Positions 39,522-50,574 are shown, counted from the first letter of the stretch. The stretch: 64,000 nucleotides of DNA from an uncultured Vicinamibacteraceae bacterium (GCA_964585855.1 CAZPFK010000002.1:893-64892); one strand, 5' to 3'. Made by a program: numbers and translations. The notes: generated by a model from the letters alone, not told the origin.

Positions 39522-41006
39522 ATGTTCTCGACGCTTTCAGATCGATTCACCGACGCCTTCCGCAAACTCTCCGGTCGCGGCCGCATCTCCGAGGAGAATG
39601 TCCGCGAGGCGATGACCGAAGTACGTCACGCCCTGCTCGAGGCCGACGTCCACTATGAAGTGGTCAAGCAGTTCTGCGACGATGTGCTCAAGGACGCTCT
39701 GGGCACGGAGGTCACCCGCAGTCTCAAGCCCGCGCAGGAGATGGTCGGCATCGTCCATCGCCGCCTCGTGGAGCTCATGGGCCCGGTGGACACCCACCTG
39801 ATGCTCGTCGAGCCGCCGCCGACGATCGTCATGATGTGTGGCCTCCAGGGCAGCGGCAAGACGACCACCTGCGGCAAGCTCGCCGCCATCCTCAAGAAAC
39901 GCGGCAAGTCCGTCATGGTCGCCGCCGCCGACCTCCAGCGACCCGCCGCCGTCGAGCAGCTCCGCACCGTCTGCGACCAGGTTGCCTCGACCATGCCCGG
40001 CTCCGGCTCCATCCACTTCTACGCCGAGCCCGACAAGTGCGCTGAATACGGCAAGGCCGTCGGCGTCGCCGTCGATGTCTGCCGCCGGGCGCGCGAGGCG
40101 GCGAAGAAGACGGGCGTTGACGTCCTCATCCTCGACACCGCCGGCCGTCTCCACATCAACGACGAACTGATGGGGGAACTGCGGTCCGTCAATGCCGCCG
40201 TTGAGCCGCACCAGATTCTGCTGGTCGTCGATGCGATGACCGGTCAGGATGCGGTCAACAGCGCCAAGGCCTTCCACGAATCGCTGGAAGTCGACGGCGT
40301 CATCCTCACGAAGTTCGACTCCGACACACGCGGCGGAGCTGCCCTCTCGGTCCGGCAGGTCACCGGCGCCCCGATCAAGTACATCGGCGTCGGCGAGCAC
40401 CTCGACGCCCTGGAAGAGTTTCACCCGGAGCGCATGGCCGGTCGCATTCTCGGCATGGGCGATGTCGTCTCCCTCGTCGAGCGGGCGCAGGCGGAGGTCT
40501 CCGAAGAAGAAGCCCTCGAGCTCTCGGAGAAGATGGCCCGGGGCGAGCTGACCATGGATGACTTCCTCAAGCAGCTGCGCTCATTCCGCAAGATGGGGCC
40601 GCTCAAGCACCTGCTGGGAATGCTGCCGGGCGTCGGCTCCATGATGAAAGACCTCGATATCGACGACAAGCAGCTCAACCGCCTCGAGGGAATCATCAAC
40701 TCGATGACGCCGCAGGAACGGCGCGACGTAGGCATGCTCAACAACAGCCGCCGGGAGCGCATCGCCCGCGGCGCAGGCGTTGACACCCGGGCTGTCTCCC
40801 AACTCACGCGGCAGTTTGAGATGGTCTCGAAGATGAGCAAGCAGATGGCAGGCGTCGGGGCCCTGGGCCAGATGAAGGCCATGCGCCAGCTCTCCTCCGG
40901 GGCCGGCGGCCCGGCCGGCATGGCCAACCTCTTCCGCACCAAGGGATCGACGTATACGCCAAGCCCCAAAGCCAAGGCCCGCAAGCAGAAGCGCCGCCGA
41001 CGGTAG
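39522..41006 (+). CDS. ffh: Signal recognition particle protein Ffh
   Basis: MFSTLSDRFTDAFRKLSG, GTPase motifs GLQGSGKTTTCGKLA, DTAGR and TKFD, then a Met-rich M domain. Confidence 0.97.
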   Translation: MFSTLSDRFTDAFRKLSGRGRISEENVREAMTEVRHALLEADVHYEVVKQFCDDVLKDALGTEVTRSLKPAQEMVGIVHRRLVELMGPVDTHLMLVEPPPTIVMMCGLQGSGKTTTCGKLAAILKKRGKSVMVAAADLQRPAAVEQLRTVCDQVASTMPGSGSIHFYAEPDKCAEYGKAVGVAVDVCRRAREAAKKTGVDVLILDTAGRLHINDELMGELRSVNAAVEPHQILLVVDAMTGQDAVNSAKAFHESLEVDGVILTKFDSDTRGGAALSVRQVTGAPIKYIGVGEHLDALEEFHPERMAGRILGMGDVVSLVERAQAEVSEEEALELSEKMARGELTMDDFLKQLRSFRKMGPLKHLLGMLPGVGSMMKDLDIDDKQLNRLEGIINSMTPQERRDVGMLNNSRRERIARGAGVDTRAVSQLTRQFEMVSKMSKQMAGVGALGQMKAMRQLSSGAGGPAGMANLFRTKGSTYTPSPKAKARKQKRRRR

Positions 41007-41060
41007 GCCTCGGACCTCGGGTAGAATGCCCGGCCAATCCGTACCGGATGATCCGGGTCG

Positions 41061-41735
41061 ATGCTGACGACTGCCTGCGAAAACTACCTCAAGTGCATCT
41101 ACATGCTCCACGCGCGCAGCCCGCAACGGCCGCTGGTCCCCATGGGCGACGTCGCCTCGGCCCTCAATGTGGCGCCCGGGACCGCGACGGCGATGGTCAA
41201 GCGCCTGGCGCGCGATCGGCTGGTCGCCTACGAGCCGTACGCAGGCGCCCGTCTGACGCGAAAGGGTGAGGCCGCAGCGCTTGCCATCCTTCGCCGCCAC
41301 CGTCTCGTCGAGGCGCTGCTGGTCGAAGTGCTGGGGCTGGACTGGTCCGAGGTCCACGACGAGGCCGAACGCCTCGAACACGCCATCTCCGACAAACTCC
41401 TCGATCGCATCGACGCCCTGCTGGGATTCCCGACCGTCGATCCCCACGGAGATCCCATTCCCTCTGCCAGCGGTGTCATGGAGCGGCCGCGCCTCGCCTC
41501 GCTTTTGCAAAGCCCGCTGGCCGTGCCCCTGCGCGTGGCGCGCATCCTCGATCAGCGCGAGGACTTCCTGCGATTCATCGATCAGAAGAGACTCCGACCC
41601 GGAGGAACGGCGACCATCCTCTCCCGCGAGCCCGCAGCCGACTCGCTGACCCTTCAGACCCCCGGCGAGGAGCCCTTCTCGCTCGGAAACGCTGCGGCCG
41701 CGAAGATCCTTGTCGAGTCCGGCACTTCGGGTTGA
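41061..41735 (+). CDS. DtxR/MntR family metal-dependent transcriptional regulator with a C-terminal FeoA/SH3-like domain
   Basis: ENYLKCIYML, an HTH, and the metal-site region HDEAERLEHAISD...DPHGDPIP. Confidence 0.88.
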   Translation: MLTTACENYLKCIYMLHARSPQRPLVPMGDVASALNVAPGTATAMVKRLARDRLVAYEPYAGARLTRKGEAAALAILRRHRLVEALLVEVLGLDWSEVHDEAERLEHAISDKLLDRIDALLGFPTVDPHGDPIPSASGVMERPRLASLLQSPLAVPLRVARILDQREDFLRFIDQKRLRPGGTATILSREPAADSLTLQTPGEEPFSLGNAAAAKILVESGTSG

Positions 41736-41837
41736 GCCCGTGACGACGCTCTGCGCAGAGTCGTCTATGATCGGACCCTTTCGGTCGCGGCGACTGCGAA
41801 GGGTGAGTCTCTCAGGAAACGGGGAAAGCGCCACGCC

Positions 41838-43052
41838 ATGTCCAAACTGAGCATCGAAAACGTCAATGTCTCCGGCAAGAAGGTTCTTGTTCGGGTTGAC
41901 TTCAATGTCCCCTTTGCCGCCGACGGTTCAATCTCCGATGACCGGCGGATTCGCATGTCGCTGCCGACGATTCAGAACATCGCCTCGCGCGGTGGCCGGG
42001 TCATTCTCATGTCGCATCTGGGGCGGCCCTCGGGCACGGGGTATGAGGCGAAGCACTCACTCAAACCCGTCGCCTCCGCCCTTTCGACGCTCCTGAACAA
42101 GCCCGTCGCCTTCCCCGGCGACGACTGTGTGGGCGAGGCGGCTTCGGCGGCGGTGAACGCCCTCCGCGACGGCGAGGTACTTCTTCTGGAAAACCTCCGC
42201 TTCCACAGCGAGGAGACCTCCAACGCTGAGACCTTTGCCCGTGCACTGGCCGGCTATGCCGACATCTACTGCAACGATGCCTTCGGAACCGCCCATCGGG
42301 CCCACGCCTCCACCGCCGGCGTGCCCGTGATTCTGAAGCAGGCCGGCAAGCCCTGTGCGGCGGGCCTGCTCATGCAGCGGGAACTCAAGTACCTCTCAGG
42401 CGCGTTGGAGAACCCCGCCCGCCCCTTCACCGCCATCCTCGGCGGCGCCAAGGTCTCGGACAAACTCGCAGCCATCGAGAACCTGATCCAGAAGGTGGAC
42501 ACGATTCTGGTCGGCGGGGCCATGGCCTACACCTTCCTGAAGGTGCTCAACCGCCGGATGGGCAAGAGTCTGGTCGAGAACAATCGCCTCGATGACGCCC
42601 GCCGCATCATCGACCTTGCAGCAGCGAGCCGAGCCGACCTCTTCTTCCCCTTCGATCACGTCTGCGGCCAGGAGGTCTCCTCCCAGACGCCGATCAAGAC
42701 CTTCGAGGATCACATCGAGGACGGCTGGATGGGGCTTGACATCGGTCCCGAAAGCCAGTCGCTCTTTGTCGAGAAGATCAGCCAGTCGAAGACCATCCTG
42801 TGGAACGGGCCGGTCGGCGTCTTCGAGGTCAGCCCCTTCGACGTCGGCACCGAAGTCGTCGCCAAGGCCGTGGCAGACGCGACGACCAAGAACAAGGCGA
42901 TCTCCATCATCGGCGGCGGTGACACCGCGGCGGCGGCGGAGAAGTTCGGCTTTGCCTCGAAGTACTCCCACGTCTCCACCGGCGGCGGCGCGAGTCTCGA
43001 ACTCCTCGAGGGCAAGAGTCTGCCCGGCGTCGAGGCCCTCAGCGACGCCTGA
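41838..43052 (+). CDS. pgk: Phosphoglycerate kinase
   Basis: [18 protein letters not shown], and [15 protein letters not shown] at the N-domain. GGGDTAAA and STGGGASLE at the C-terminus. Confidence 0.97.
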   Translation: MSKLSIENVNVSGKKVLVRVDFNVPFAADGSISDDRRIRMSLPTIQNIASRGGRVILMSHLGRPSGTGYEAKHSLKPVASALSTLLNKPVAFPGDDCVGEAASAAVNALRDGEVLLLENLRFHSEETSNAETFARALAGYADIYCNDAFGTAHRAHASTAGVPVILKQAGKPCAAGLLMQRELKYLSGALENPARPFTAILGGAKVSDKLAAIENLIQKVDTILVGGAMAYTFLKVLNRRMGKSLVENNRLDDARRIIDLAAASRADLFFPFDHVCGQEVSSQTPIKTFEDHIEDGWMGLDIGPESQSLFVEKISQSKTILWNGPVGVFEVSPFDVGTEVVAKAVADATTKNKAISIIGGGDTAAAAEKFGFASKYSHVSTGGGASLELLEGKSLPGVEALSDA

Positions 43053-43165
43053 ATGCCCCATAATCCCACCGGTTGACTGATCGAAGTCCTGCCTGAGGCC
43101 GTCTGCGGCCGATACCCATCAGACGCACTCATCTCCGCGTCTTGTGAGCAGGAAGGGTCGGCTGC

Positions 43166-45085
43166 ATGTGTGGAATTCTCGGTGTCATCTCCGCCCCCGG
43201 TTCGCGCCCGACCGTCTCCCCCGATCTCATCGCCCGCATGCGCGACACCATGGCGGCCCGCGGCCCCGATGAAGCACGACTGACAGCCGCCGCAAACGTC
43301 ATCTTCGCCGTCCGCCGCCTGGCCGTCTCCGACCCGCTGGCCCGCGCGACCCAGCCGGCCTGGTCGCCCGACCGCCGCTTCCTCCTGCTCTACAACGGCG
43401 AACTCTACAACGATGCCGAACTGCGCGCAGAGCTCTCCGGCGCCGGCGTGCGCTTTCGAACCGGCTGCGACACCGAGACGCTCGTCCACGCCTTCGCCGC
43501 CTGGGGGCTTGCCTGCCTCTCGAAAATCCGCGGCATGTTCTCGCTGGCCGTCTACGACTTCACCCTCAACACGCTGACCCTGGCCCGCGACCCGCTGGGA
43601 ATCAAGCCCCTCTACTTCGCACGCATCGGCCAGGACATCGCCTTCGCCTCCCACATTCCGGCACTGCTCGCCCACCCCGCCGCCTCACGACGTCCCGATC
43701 TGGCCGCCTGTTCGGCCTACCTGACCACGCTCCATCCCACCACCGGCAACCGCACGCTCTACGAGGGCGTCAGCACGCTTCGCCCCGGACAGGCCCTTCA
43801 GGTCGTCTTCACGCCGTCAGGCCCGCAATTCAACGGGCTGGATTACTGGCGCGAACCGGCCCACCCCGATCGAAACCTGACGCTCGACGAGGCGACCGAA
43901 CAGGTGCGGGAGAGCGTGACCGAATCCGTCCGCAGGCACGTTCGGGCCGATGTTCCCGCCTGCATGTTGCTCTCCGGCGGCCTCGACAGCGCCATCATCG
44001 CCGCGATCTGGAAGCAGCAGGGGGGCGGTTCGCCTCTCCACTCCTGGTGTGCTGCAGACCCCGCCGACGGCGGAGGCGACGCACGCCATGCCCGAGAGAT
44101 GGCCTCCCGGCTCGGCACGGTGCATCACGAACACCTCGTGACCTCCGAGGAGTTTCACGCAATCTGGCCCGCCCTGGTCGCCGCGACCGGATTTCCCCTC
44201 TCCACTCCGAACGAAGTCGCCATCCACGCCCTGGCTCGTGAAATCCGGGCCGAAGCGCCGGTCCTTGTCTCCGGCGAAGGCGCGGATGAACTCTTCGGCG
44301 GCTACGGCGCTCCGCTGCTGGCCGCGGTGGACGGGCTTCGGGCAGCCCTGCCGGATGACCGCTGGCCCGGTCCGGAGGCGGCGCGCGAGCGCTACCGTCG
44401 CGAACTGCACGAGCAGTACGGAACCGACCGCCTCGGAAATGCCCTGGAGCACTACCTCCGCTGCAACGCCTGGATTCATCCCGATCTCAAGCCCGCCCTC
44501 TTCTCCGAGCAGCTCCGCGATGCCGCTGCAGGCGATGCCCTCCTGCTGGATGAACTGACGCGCCACTTCACCCCCGACTCCCCGGCGACCGACCCCGCCG
44601 AACACGCCCTCATCATCCAGCGGCGCCTCAACCTCACGAATCTCCTCCGTCGCCTCGATACGGCGACCATGAGCGCCTCAGTCGAGGGCCGGACCCCCTT
44701 TGCCGACGTCTGCGTGGCGCAGACGGCCTTTTCAATCCCGCTGGATCACAAGATCGCCGTCGAGCCGGAGGGCGACGGCGGGTGGACGTCATCGGCCGTC
44801 GCGGTGGCGCAGAACCGGGTGACGACCAAGCTTGTCCTCCGTCGCGCCTTTGCCGATCTGGTGCCGGAATCGGTCCTGATGCGGCCCAAGGCAAGCTTCC
44901 CGCTTCCGTTCCAGCAGTGGCTGGAACCCCGGCAGGCCCATGCCGTCGTCGAGGTTTTCCAGGAAAGCCCGCTGATCCGCACCCTTCTGGAACCCTCCGC
45001 ACGGGCACTGATCGCCGCCCGTCCCCACGAGTACTGGCAGAGCGCCTGGCCCCTGCTCAATCTCGCCCTCTGGGATGCCGCCTGA
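43166..45085 (+). CDS. Asparagine synthase (glutamine-hydrolysing) family amidotransferase
   Basis: MCGILGV with the nucleophile Cys2, and the PP-loop LLSGGLDSAIIAA. Length 639 aa. Confidence 0.88.
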   Translation: MCGILGVISAPGSRPTVSPDLIARMRDTMAARGPDEARLTAAANVIFAVRRLAVSDPLARATQPAWSPDRRFLLLYNGELYNDAELRAELSGAGVRFRTGCDTETLVHAFAAWGLACLSKIRGMFSLAVYDFTLNTLTLARDPLGIKPLYFARIGQDIAFASHIPALLAHPAASRRPDLAACSAYLTTLHPTTGNRTLYEGVSTLRPGQALQVVFTPSGPQFNGLDYWREPAHPDRNLTLDEATEQVRESVTESVRRHVRADVPACMLLSGGLDSAIIAAIWKQQGGGSPLHSWCAADPADGGGDARHAREMASRLGTVHHEHLVTSEEFHAIWPALVAATGFPLSTPNEVAIHALAREIRAEAPVLVSGEGADELFGGYGAPLLAAVDGLRAALPDDRWPGPEAARERYRRELHEQYGTDRLGNALEHYLRCNAWIHPDLKPALFSEQLRDAAAGDALLLDELTRHFTPDSPATDPAEHALIIQRRLNLTNLLRRLDTATMSASVEGRTPFADVCVAQTAFSIPLDHKIAVEPEGDGGWTSSAVAVAQNRVTTKLVLRRAFADLVPESVLMRPKASFPLPFQQWLEPRQAHAVVEVFQESPLIRTLLEPSARALIAARPHEYWQSAWPLLNLALWDAA

Positions 45086-45153
45086 CTTTCAAGGTCCGGA
45101 AAGGCGGAGTTACGCACGGAGTGTGAAATACTCTGGTGCGCCGGACACGTTTG

Positions 45154-45162
45154 TGTTATAGT
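45154..45162 (+). promoter_or_regulatory. Candidate extended -10 promoter element for the metalloprotease gene
   Basis: TGTTATAGT (TGnTATAGT) in an otherwise GC-rich intergenic region, about 190 nt upstream of the start codon. No convincing -35 element. Confidence 0.3.
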
Positions 45163-45352
45163 GTCACGAGAGGATCGGAACAGGGACGTTCCGCTTCGCG
45201 GCCGCCGTTGTGCGTTCGCAGGTCCGGCGCAGGGATGAAAGTCCATCCTGAAACAGCAAGGGCATCGGCTGACCCTGAGTCGGCCGGCTGCCTGTGATCT
45301 CAGTGTCAATTGCCCGCGCTCGTCGGGCACAGAGAAGTTGAGGGGAAAGATC

Positions 45353-47839
45353 GTGAACGCTTCGATTCGCATCGTTACAGGCATCGCTCTCTCAGTCGCA
45401 GCATCCACCGTTTCGGCCCAGGCGCCGGAGTGGTGCGGAACCATTCTGACCGAGGAGATGGCCAAAGCCGCCCTTGAGTTGCAGGCGGCCGGTATCTACG
45501 ACGCACCTCCGGGAATCGCCGGAGAGTACGAAGTCGTCTACGTCCCCCTCACGATGCACATCGTCCGTCGTGATGACGGCACCGGCGGGCTGCCCCTGGA
45601 GCGGCTCGAGGGCGCTGTCAACGACGCCAACATTCACTTTGCCGGCATGGGCATCCAGTTCTGCATCTCCGGCGAAATCGACTACATCGACGACACCTAC
45701 TTCTACGAGGGAATCAACTCCGAGGCGGGCATCAACGAACTGCGGAACACCAACAAGGTTGAAGGCACGATCAACTGCTACTTCGTCGAGTACTTCGAGT
45801 TCGCGCCCGGATTTGCGCTCTGCGGCATCTCCGCATTCACCTTCTCCAGCCCGCAGGAGCAGGGCATCGTGATGGCCAACCCCTGCACCTCCACGAGCAA
45901 CGACAAATCCACCTTCGCCCACGAACTCGGGCACTACTTCGACCTCTTCCACACCCACGAAACCGCCTTCGGCGCCGAGTGCGCTGACGGCTCCAACTGT
46001 GATTCCGCCGGCGACCTGGTCTGCGACACACCGGCCGATCCGCTGCTGGGCTTCAACAACGTCAACTCCAACACCTGCCAGTACACCGGCAGCGAGCGCG
46101 ACGACTGCAACAACACCCTCTATGCCCCCGAGCCGCGCAACATCATGGCCTACTCGCCCTCCAACTGCCAGGACCTCTTCACTCCGGAGCAGAATGCGCG
46201 CGGCCGGGCGACGCTCTTCAACGGCCGCCCTGAGCTGATCAACGCCTGCCCCACCGGCGCCTCCCTCGTCCGCGTCTCCGTCAATTCCCGAGGCCGCCAG
46301 AGCAACGGCGACAGCAATCGCCCCGACATCTCCAACAGCGGCGACTACGTCGTCTTCGACTCGATCGCCTCGAACCTCGCAGCCGATGACGCCAACGGCC
46401 TGCGCGACGTCTTCATCCACGACCGCACCCGCGATCGCACCGACATTGTCAGCGTCTCCGACAACGGCACTCCCGGCAACGGCGAGAGCAGCCACGCGCG
46501 CATCTCCGCCACCGGCCAGTTCGTCGTCTTCCACTCCCTGGCCAACAACTTCGGCACCGAAGACACCAACAACACCCACGATATCTTCATCCGCGACGTC
46601 AAGAACGGCCGCACCGAACTGATCAGCCGCCAGAACGGACAGCAGCGTGCCGCAAACGGCCAGAGTCTCTACCCGCACGTCTCTGCCACCGGCCGGTACG
46701 TCGCCTTCCAGAGCACGGCCCGGAACCTCACCTCCACCAATGACACCAACGGCAGCACGACGGACATCTTCGTCCATGATCGTGACACCGGAGTCACGAC
46801 GCTCGTCAGCGTCTCCAGCAGCGGCACGCAGGGCAACAACCACAGCTACTCACCCGTGATCTCCGGTGACGGCCGCTACGTCGCCTTCTACTCCTATGCG
46901 ACCAATCTTGTCCCCGGTGACACCAACGCGCGGGAAGACGTCTTCCTGCACGACCTCCAGACCGGCGAGACCACGCTGGTAAGCAAGAACCTCTCAGGCG
47001 GCGTCGGCAACGCCCGCTCCTGCTGCCCGGACATCTCCGACGACGGCATGCAGATCGCCTTCCACAGCAGCGCCAGCAACCTTGTCGGCGATGACACCAA
47101 TGCCGAGTCCGATGTCTTTGTCCTCGATCGCGAAAGCGGTCTGGTCGGCCGCGTCAGTCTCTCCACCGACGGAGCGCAGGGCGATGATGTGAGTCTCTAT
47201 CCCCGCATCTCCCCCGAAGGCCGATTCGTCGTCTACCAGAGTCTCGCCAGCACACTGGTCTCCGGCGACGGCAATCGCACCGTTGACATCTTCGTCACCG
47301 ATCGCGATCCCGACCTCAACGGCGTCTACGACGAATCCTGCGAGGGCTGCCGCGAAACGAAACTCCTCAGCCGCTCCGCCTCCGGGCTGCCCGGCAACCT
47401 CAGCGCAGAATTCGGAGCCATCTCCCTCAGCCAGCTCGTCTCCGTCTTCTCCAGTTTTGCGGATAACCTCGTCGAGGAGGACACCAACGGCAGTTCCGAT
47501 GTCTTCCTGACCTGGAAGGCCACCGGCCCCTACACCGTCTCGGTCAACGAACTGATCGTCGGCCAGCCCGCGACCTTCACGATCGTCGGCGCCACGCCCT
47601 ACCGGACGCAGTATCTCGCCGGCAGCGTCAGAGGACTGGGTGAGACCTTCGTGCCCCAGCTCAATGTCACCCTCGGCCTCCGCAGGCCCGTGCTCGTCGG
47701 CACCGCCGATGCCGACGCCGTCGGCGACGCGCAGCTCGATGTCACACCCGGTGCCAACCTCGGCGGGCGGAACGTCTGGTTCCAGGTTGCCGAAGAGGGT
47801 CGCGCCACCGAGGCCGTTGCCGGATTCGTAGAGGAATAA
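45353..47839 (+). CDS. Secreted zinc metalloprotease (HExxHxxxxxH, M43/reprolysin-like) fused to a 7-blade PD40/TolB-like beta-propeller
   Basis: GTG at 45353 with GAGGGG upstream (the ORF track starts at TTG 45338). Signal peptide ...[11 protein letters not shown]. Zinc site [14 protein letters not shown] (45920 onward) followed by a Cys-rich region. Seven repeats follow. Confidence 0.85.
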   Translation: MNASIRIVTGIALSVAASTVSAQAPEWCGTILTEEMAKAALELQAAGIYDAPPGIAGEYEVVYVPLTMHIVRRDDGTGGLPLERLEGAVNDANIHFAGMGIQFCISGEIDYIDDTYFYEGINSEAGINELRNTNKVEGTINCYFVEYFEFAPGFALCGISAFTFSSPQEQGIVMANPCTSTSNDKSTFAHELGHYFDLFHTHETAFGAECADGSNCDSAGDLVCDTPADPLLGFNNVNSNTCQYTGSERDDCNNTLYAPEPRNIMAYSPSNCQDLFTPEQNARGRATLFNGRPELINACPTGASLVRVSVNSRGRQSNGDSNRPDISNSGDYVVFDSIASNLAADDANGLRDVFIHDRTRDRTDIVSVSDNGTPGNGESSHARISATGQFVVFHSLANNFGTEDTNNTHDIFIRDVKNGRTELISRQNGQQRAANGQSLYPHVSATGRYVAFQSTARNLTSTNDTNGSTTDIFVHDRDTGVTTLVSVSSSGTQGNNHSYSPVISGDGRYVAFYSYATNLVPGDTNAREDVFLHDLQTGETTLVSKNLSGGVGNARSCCPDISDDGMQIAFHSSASNLVGDDTNAESDVFVLDRESGLVGRVSLSTDGAQGDDVSLYPRISPEGRFVVYQSLASTLVSGDGNRTVDIFVTDRDPDLNGVYDESCEGCRETKLLSRSASGLPGNLSAEFGAISLSQLVSVFSSFADNLVEEDTNGSSDVFLTWKATGPYTVSVNELIVGQPATFTIVGATPYRTQYLAGSVRGLGETFVPQLNVTLGLRRPVLVGTADADAVGDAQLDVTPGANLGGRNVWFQVAEEGRATEAVAGFVEE
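46265..47512 (+). repeat. Seven tandem ~59-aa propeller-blade repeats (coding)
   Basis: Recurring xPxIS(x)xGRYVAFxSxAxNLVxxDTNxxxDVFxxDxxTGxTxxVS. Blade starts at about aa 328, 386, 445, 505, 563, 621 and 692 of the ORF-track protein. Confidence 0.78.
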
Positions 47840-47856
47840 CGCGCCGTTGCTGCGCC

Positions 47857-48957
47857 TCAGACGTTGAAGAGAAAGTGGCAGACGTCGCCGTCCTGCATCA
47901 CGTAGTTCTTCCCCTCGGAGCGCATCTTCCCCGCCGCGCGGATCGCCGCTTCGGTCTTGAGGGCCACGATGTCGTCGACGTGGTACGTCTCGCAGCGGAT
48001 GAAGCCGCGCTCGATGTCTGAGTGGATCACGCCGGCCGCCTGCGGGGCCCGCTCACCCCGGCGGATCGTCCAGGCGCGGATCTCCTTCGGGCCGGCGGTG
48101 TAGAACGACTGCAGTCCAAGCAGTGCGTACAGCTCGCGCGCCAGCGCTGCCAGCGCCGGTTCGCTGAGCCCCATCGCCGTCAGCATTTCCGCGCGCTCCG
48201 CCTCATCGCGGATGTCGGCCAGTTCCGCTTCCAGTTTCGCGCAGACCGTCACGACCCGGCCCTCCTCACCGTGCCGCGCCTTCACCCATTCGCGTAACGC
48301 CGCGACCATCGGGTTCTTCCCCTCAAGGTCATCCTCCCCGACATTGGCCACATAGAGCACCGGCAGCAGCGTCACCATGCCCATGCTGCGCAGTTCGGCC
48401 CGCTGCTCCGGCGTCCACTCCGACGCGCTCAGCGGCCGCTCGCCCTCCAGCACTTCGATGGCCCGGGCGCAGATCTCCAGCCGCTTCTTTGCCGCCGCAT
48501 CCCCTGTTCGTGCTCGACGCTCCGCCCGCTCCCGGGCGCTCTCCAGCACCTGCAGGTCGGCCAGGATCAGCTCGACGTTCACCTCTTCGACGTCCCGGGC
48601 CGGATCGGACCGGTCATGGACATGCATGACGTCAGCGTCCTCGAAGCACCGCACCACATGCGCCAGCGCATCAACCTGCCGGACGTTGGAGAGAAACTCG
48701 TTGCCCATCCCTTCCCCGGCCGATGAGCCGGTCACGATCGCGGGGATGTCCACCAGCTCGATCGTCGCCGGGACGAACTTCTTCGTCTCGATGTATTGGC
48801 CCAGGAGCGTCAGGCGTGCATCGGGGACCGGGGCCGTGCCGTGCACGGGCTGCGTCGTCGTGAACATGTAGTTGCTGACGTCGACGTCCATTCCCGTCAT
48901 CGCCTTGAACAGGGCGCTCTTGCCCACGTTGGGCAGGCCCACGAGTCCCACTTGCAT
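47857..48957 (-). CDS. ychF: Redox-regulated ATPase YchF
   Basis: [18 protein letters not shown]-loop at the internal Met chosen as start. The C-terminal TGS-like block [13 protein letters not shown] is present. Confidence 0.95.
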   Translation of the reverse strand: MQVGLVGLPNVGKSALFKAMTGMDVDVSNYMFTTTQPVHGTAPVPDARLTLLGQYIETKKFVPATIELVDIPAIVTGSSAGEGMGNEFLSNVRQVDALAHVVRCFEDADVMHVHDRSDPARDVEEVNVELILADLQVLESARERAERRARTGDAAAKKRLEICARAIEVLEGERPLSASEWTPEQRAELRSMGMVTLLPVLYVANVGEDDLEGKNPMVAALREWVKARHGEEGRVVTVCAKLEAELADIRDEAERAEMLTAMGLSEPALAALARELYALLGLQSFYTAGPKEIRAWTIRRGERAPQAAGVIHSDIERGFIRCETYHVDDIVALKTEAAIRAAGKMRSEGKNYVMQDGDVCHFLFNV

Positions 48958-49052
48958 GTCTGGCTCCGATATCCCTGCGGGGTTCTGGTCACTGGTAAGC
49001 CGCAAGGATAGTCCCGCACGACCCCTCCTGCGCCCTCGTAGAATCGCCGGTC

Positions 49053-50084
49053 ATGCCCCCGCTCCACCGGATCCTCGACGCCAACGCCAACCGCGCCCGG
49101 GAAGCCCTGCGCCTGCTCGAGGAATATGCACGCTTCTGCCTCAACGACGCCGCCCTCGCTGAATCCGCCAAGTCCCTCCGCCACGGCCTCGCCGCCTCCC
49201 TGGCCCGCCTGCCTCAGGGCCTCTTGGCGGCCAATCGCGACACCCCCGGCGACGTCGGTACAGCCATCTCGACGGCGGAGGAATTGACCCGTCCCGATGT
49301 CCGAAGCGTCGTCATCGCGGCCGGCAAGCGCCTCTCCGAGGCCCTGCGCTGCCTGGAGGAGTACGGAAAGGTCCTCGATGTGGACTTTGCCCGTGCAGCG
49401 CAAACGCTGCGGTATCGCGGGTACGAACTTGAGTCCCGCCTCGCCGCCCGCCTCGACGGCAGCCGCGGCAGGCAGTGGCGGCTCTGCATCCTGCTCACCG
49501 AATCCCTCTGTCGTAAACCCTGGCGGGAGGTCCTGACCGCCGTCCTCGAAGCCGGCGCCGATTGCATCCAGTTGCGCGAGAAGTCGCTCGGTGACTCGGA
49601 ACTTCTGGATCGAGCTGCACACATCGTCGAGGCCTGTCGCTCCTTCGGAGCATCCTCGATTATCAACGACCGGCCCGACCTCGCCCTGCTCGCCGGAGCC
49701 GACGGCGTTCACGTCGGGCAGACCGATCTCGCACCGGCAGACATTCGCCGGCTTGCAGGCGATCAACTGCTCATCGGCGTCTCCACTTCCTGCATCGAGG
49801 AGGCCCGTGCAGCGCGGGATGCCGGCGCGGCCTATTGCGGCCTCGGCCCGATGTTTCCAAGCGCGACCAAGGCGAAGCCCCGCCTGGCAGGCGTTGCGTA
49901 CCTCCGCGAGTTTCTCGAAGAGATCACGCTGCCGCACCTGGCCATCTCCGGGATCACCCCGGAGAACATCGCAGCGCTCGTGGAAGCGGGCGTGCGCGGA
50001 GTCGCTGTCAGCAGCGCTGTCTGCGCGGCGGAGAACCCGGGTGCGATCGTGCGTTCACTCTTGAACCGCCTCGACGGCGCCTGA
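49053..50084 (+). CDS. thiE: Thiamine-phosphate synthase with a ~130-aa N-terminal extension
   Basis: The C-terminal 210 aa carry ThiE blocks (IQLREK, INDRPDLALLAGADGVHVGQTDL, GVSTS, YCGLGPMFPSATK, AISGI). The N-terminal helical domain begins ILDANANRAREALRLLEEYARF. Confidence 0.85.
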   Translation: MPPLHRILDANANRAREALRLLEEYARFCLNDAALAESAKSLRHGLAASLARLPQGLLAANRDTPGDVGTAISTAEELTRPDVRSVVIAAGKRLSEALRCLEEYGKVLDVDFARAAQTLRYRGYELESRLAARLDGSRGRQWRLCILLTESLCRKPWREVLTAVLEAGADCIQLREKSLGDSELLDRAAHIVEACRSFGASSIINDRPDLALLAGADGVHVGQTDLAPADIRRLAGDQLLIGVSTSCIEEARAARDAGAAYCGLGPMFPSATKAKPRLAGVAYLREFLEEITLPHLAISGITPENIAALVEAGVRGVAVSSAVCAAENPGAIVRSLLNRLDGA

Positions 50085-50085
50085 C

Positions 50086-50574
50086 CTATGCAGTCACGCG
50101 CTGCGCCTTGACGATCTTCGGGGCCTTCTGCGGCCGCCCCGAGTTCCGATCGGCCAGCGGCGTCGCGGCGATGCGGTCAACGACGTCGAGACCGGAGATC
50201 ACCTTGCCGAAGGCGGTGTACTGTCCGTCGAGATGGCGGCAGTGTTCACGCCCGAGGCAGATGAAAAACTGTGAGCCAGCAGAGTTCGGGTCGGCCGTCC
50301 GCGCCATCGAGAGGACGCCCTTGTCGTGCTGGCGGTCGTTGAACTCCGCCTTGATCGTCCACCCCGGTCCGCCGGTGCCGTCGCCGCGCGGGCATCCGCC
50401 CTGGATGACAAACCCGGGCAGGATTCGATGAAACGCCACACCGTCGTAGAAGCCGTCTTCGACGAGTTTGAGCATGTTGGCCGCATGTCCGGGGGCCACA
50501 TCGTCCCAGAGTTCGACTTCGATTGTTCCGGTATCGGTTTCCAGCATGACTCTGGGGTATTGCGTCTCACTCAT
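50086..50574 (-). CDS. Peptidyl-prolyl cis-trans isomerase, cyclophilin type
   Basis: FHRILPGFVIQGG, GGPGWTIKAEF, MARTADPNSAGSQFFI. Confidence 0.93.
   Translation of the reverse strand: MSETQYPRVMLETDTGTIEVELWDDVAPGHAANMLKLVEDGFYDGVAFHRILPGFVIQGGCPRGDGTGGPGWTIKAEFNDRQHDKGVLSMARTADPNSAGSQFFICLGREHCRHLDGQYTAFGKVISGLDVVDRIAATPLADRNSGRPQKAPKIVKAQRVTA

Noticed and set aside
45235-45297. 20-codon ORF (MKVHPETARASADPESAGCL) between the AsnB-like gene and the metalloprotease, considered as a RiPP/lasso-type precursor or a uORF
   Set aside because: Its codons are mostly A/T-ending, unlike genuine genes here, and it has only a weak Shine-Dalgarno. The AsnB-like protein retains the Cys2 glutaminase nucleophile and full length, so it looks like a true amidotransferase rather than a lasso cyclase. 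No B-protein protease or transporter is adjacent.
48958-49052. TPP riboswitch upstream of thiE
   Set aside because: The 95-bp spacer lacks the CUGAGA and ACCUGAUCUGGAUAAUGCCAGCG-type core, and is too short once the divergent ychF promoter is accounted for.
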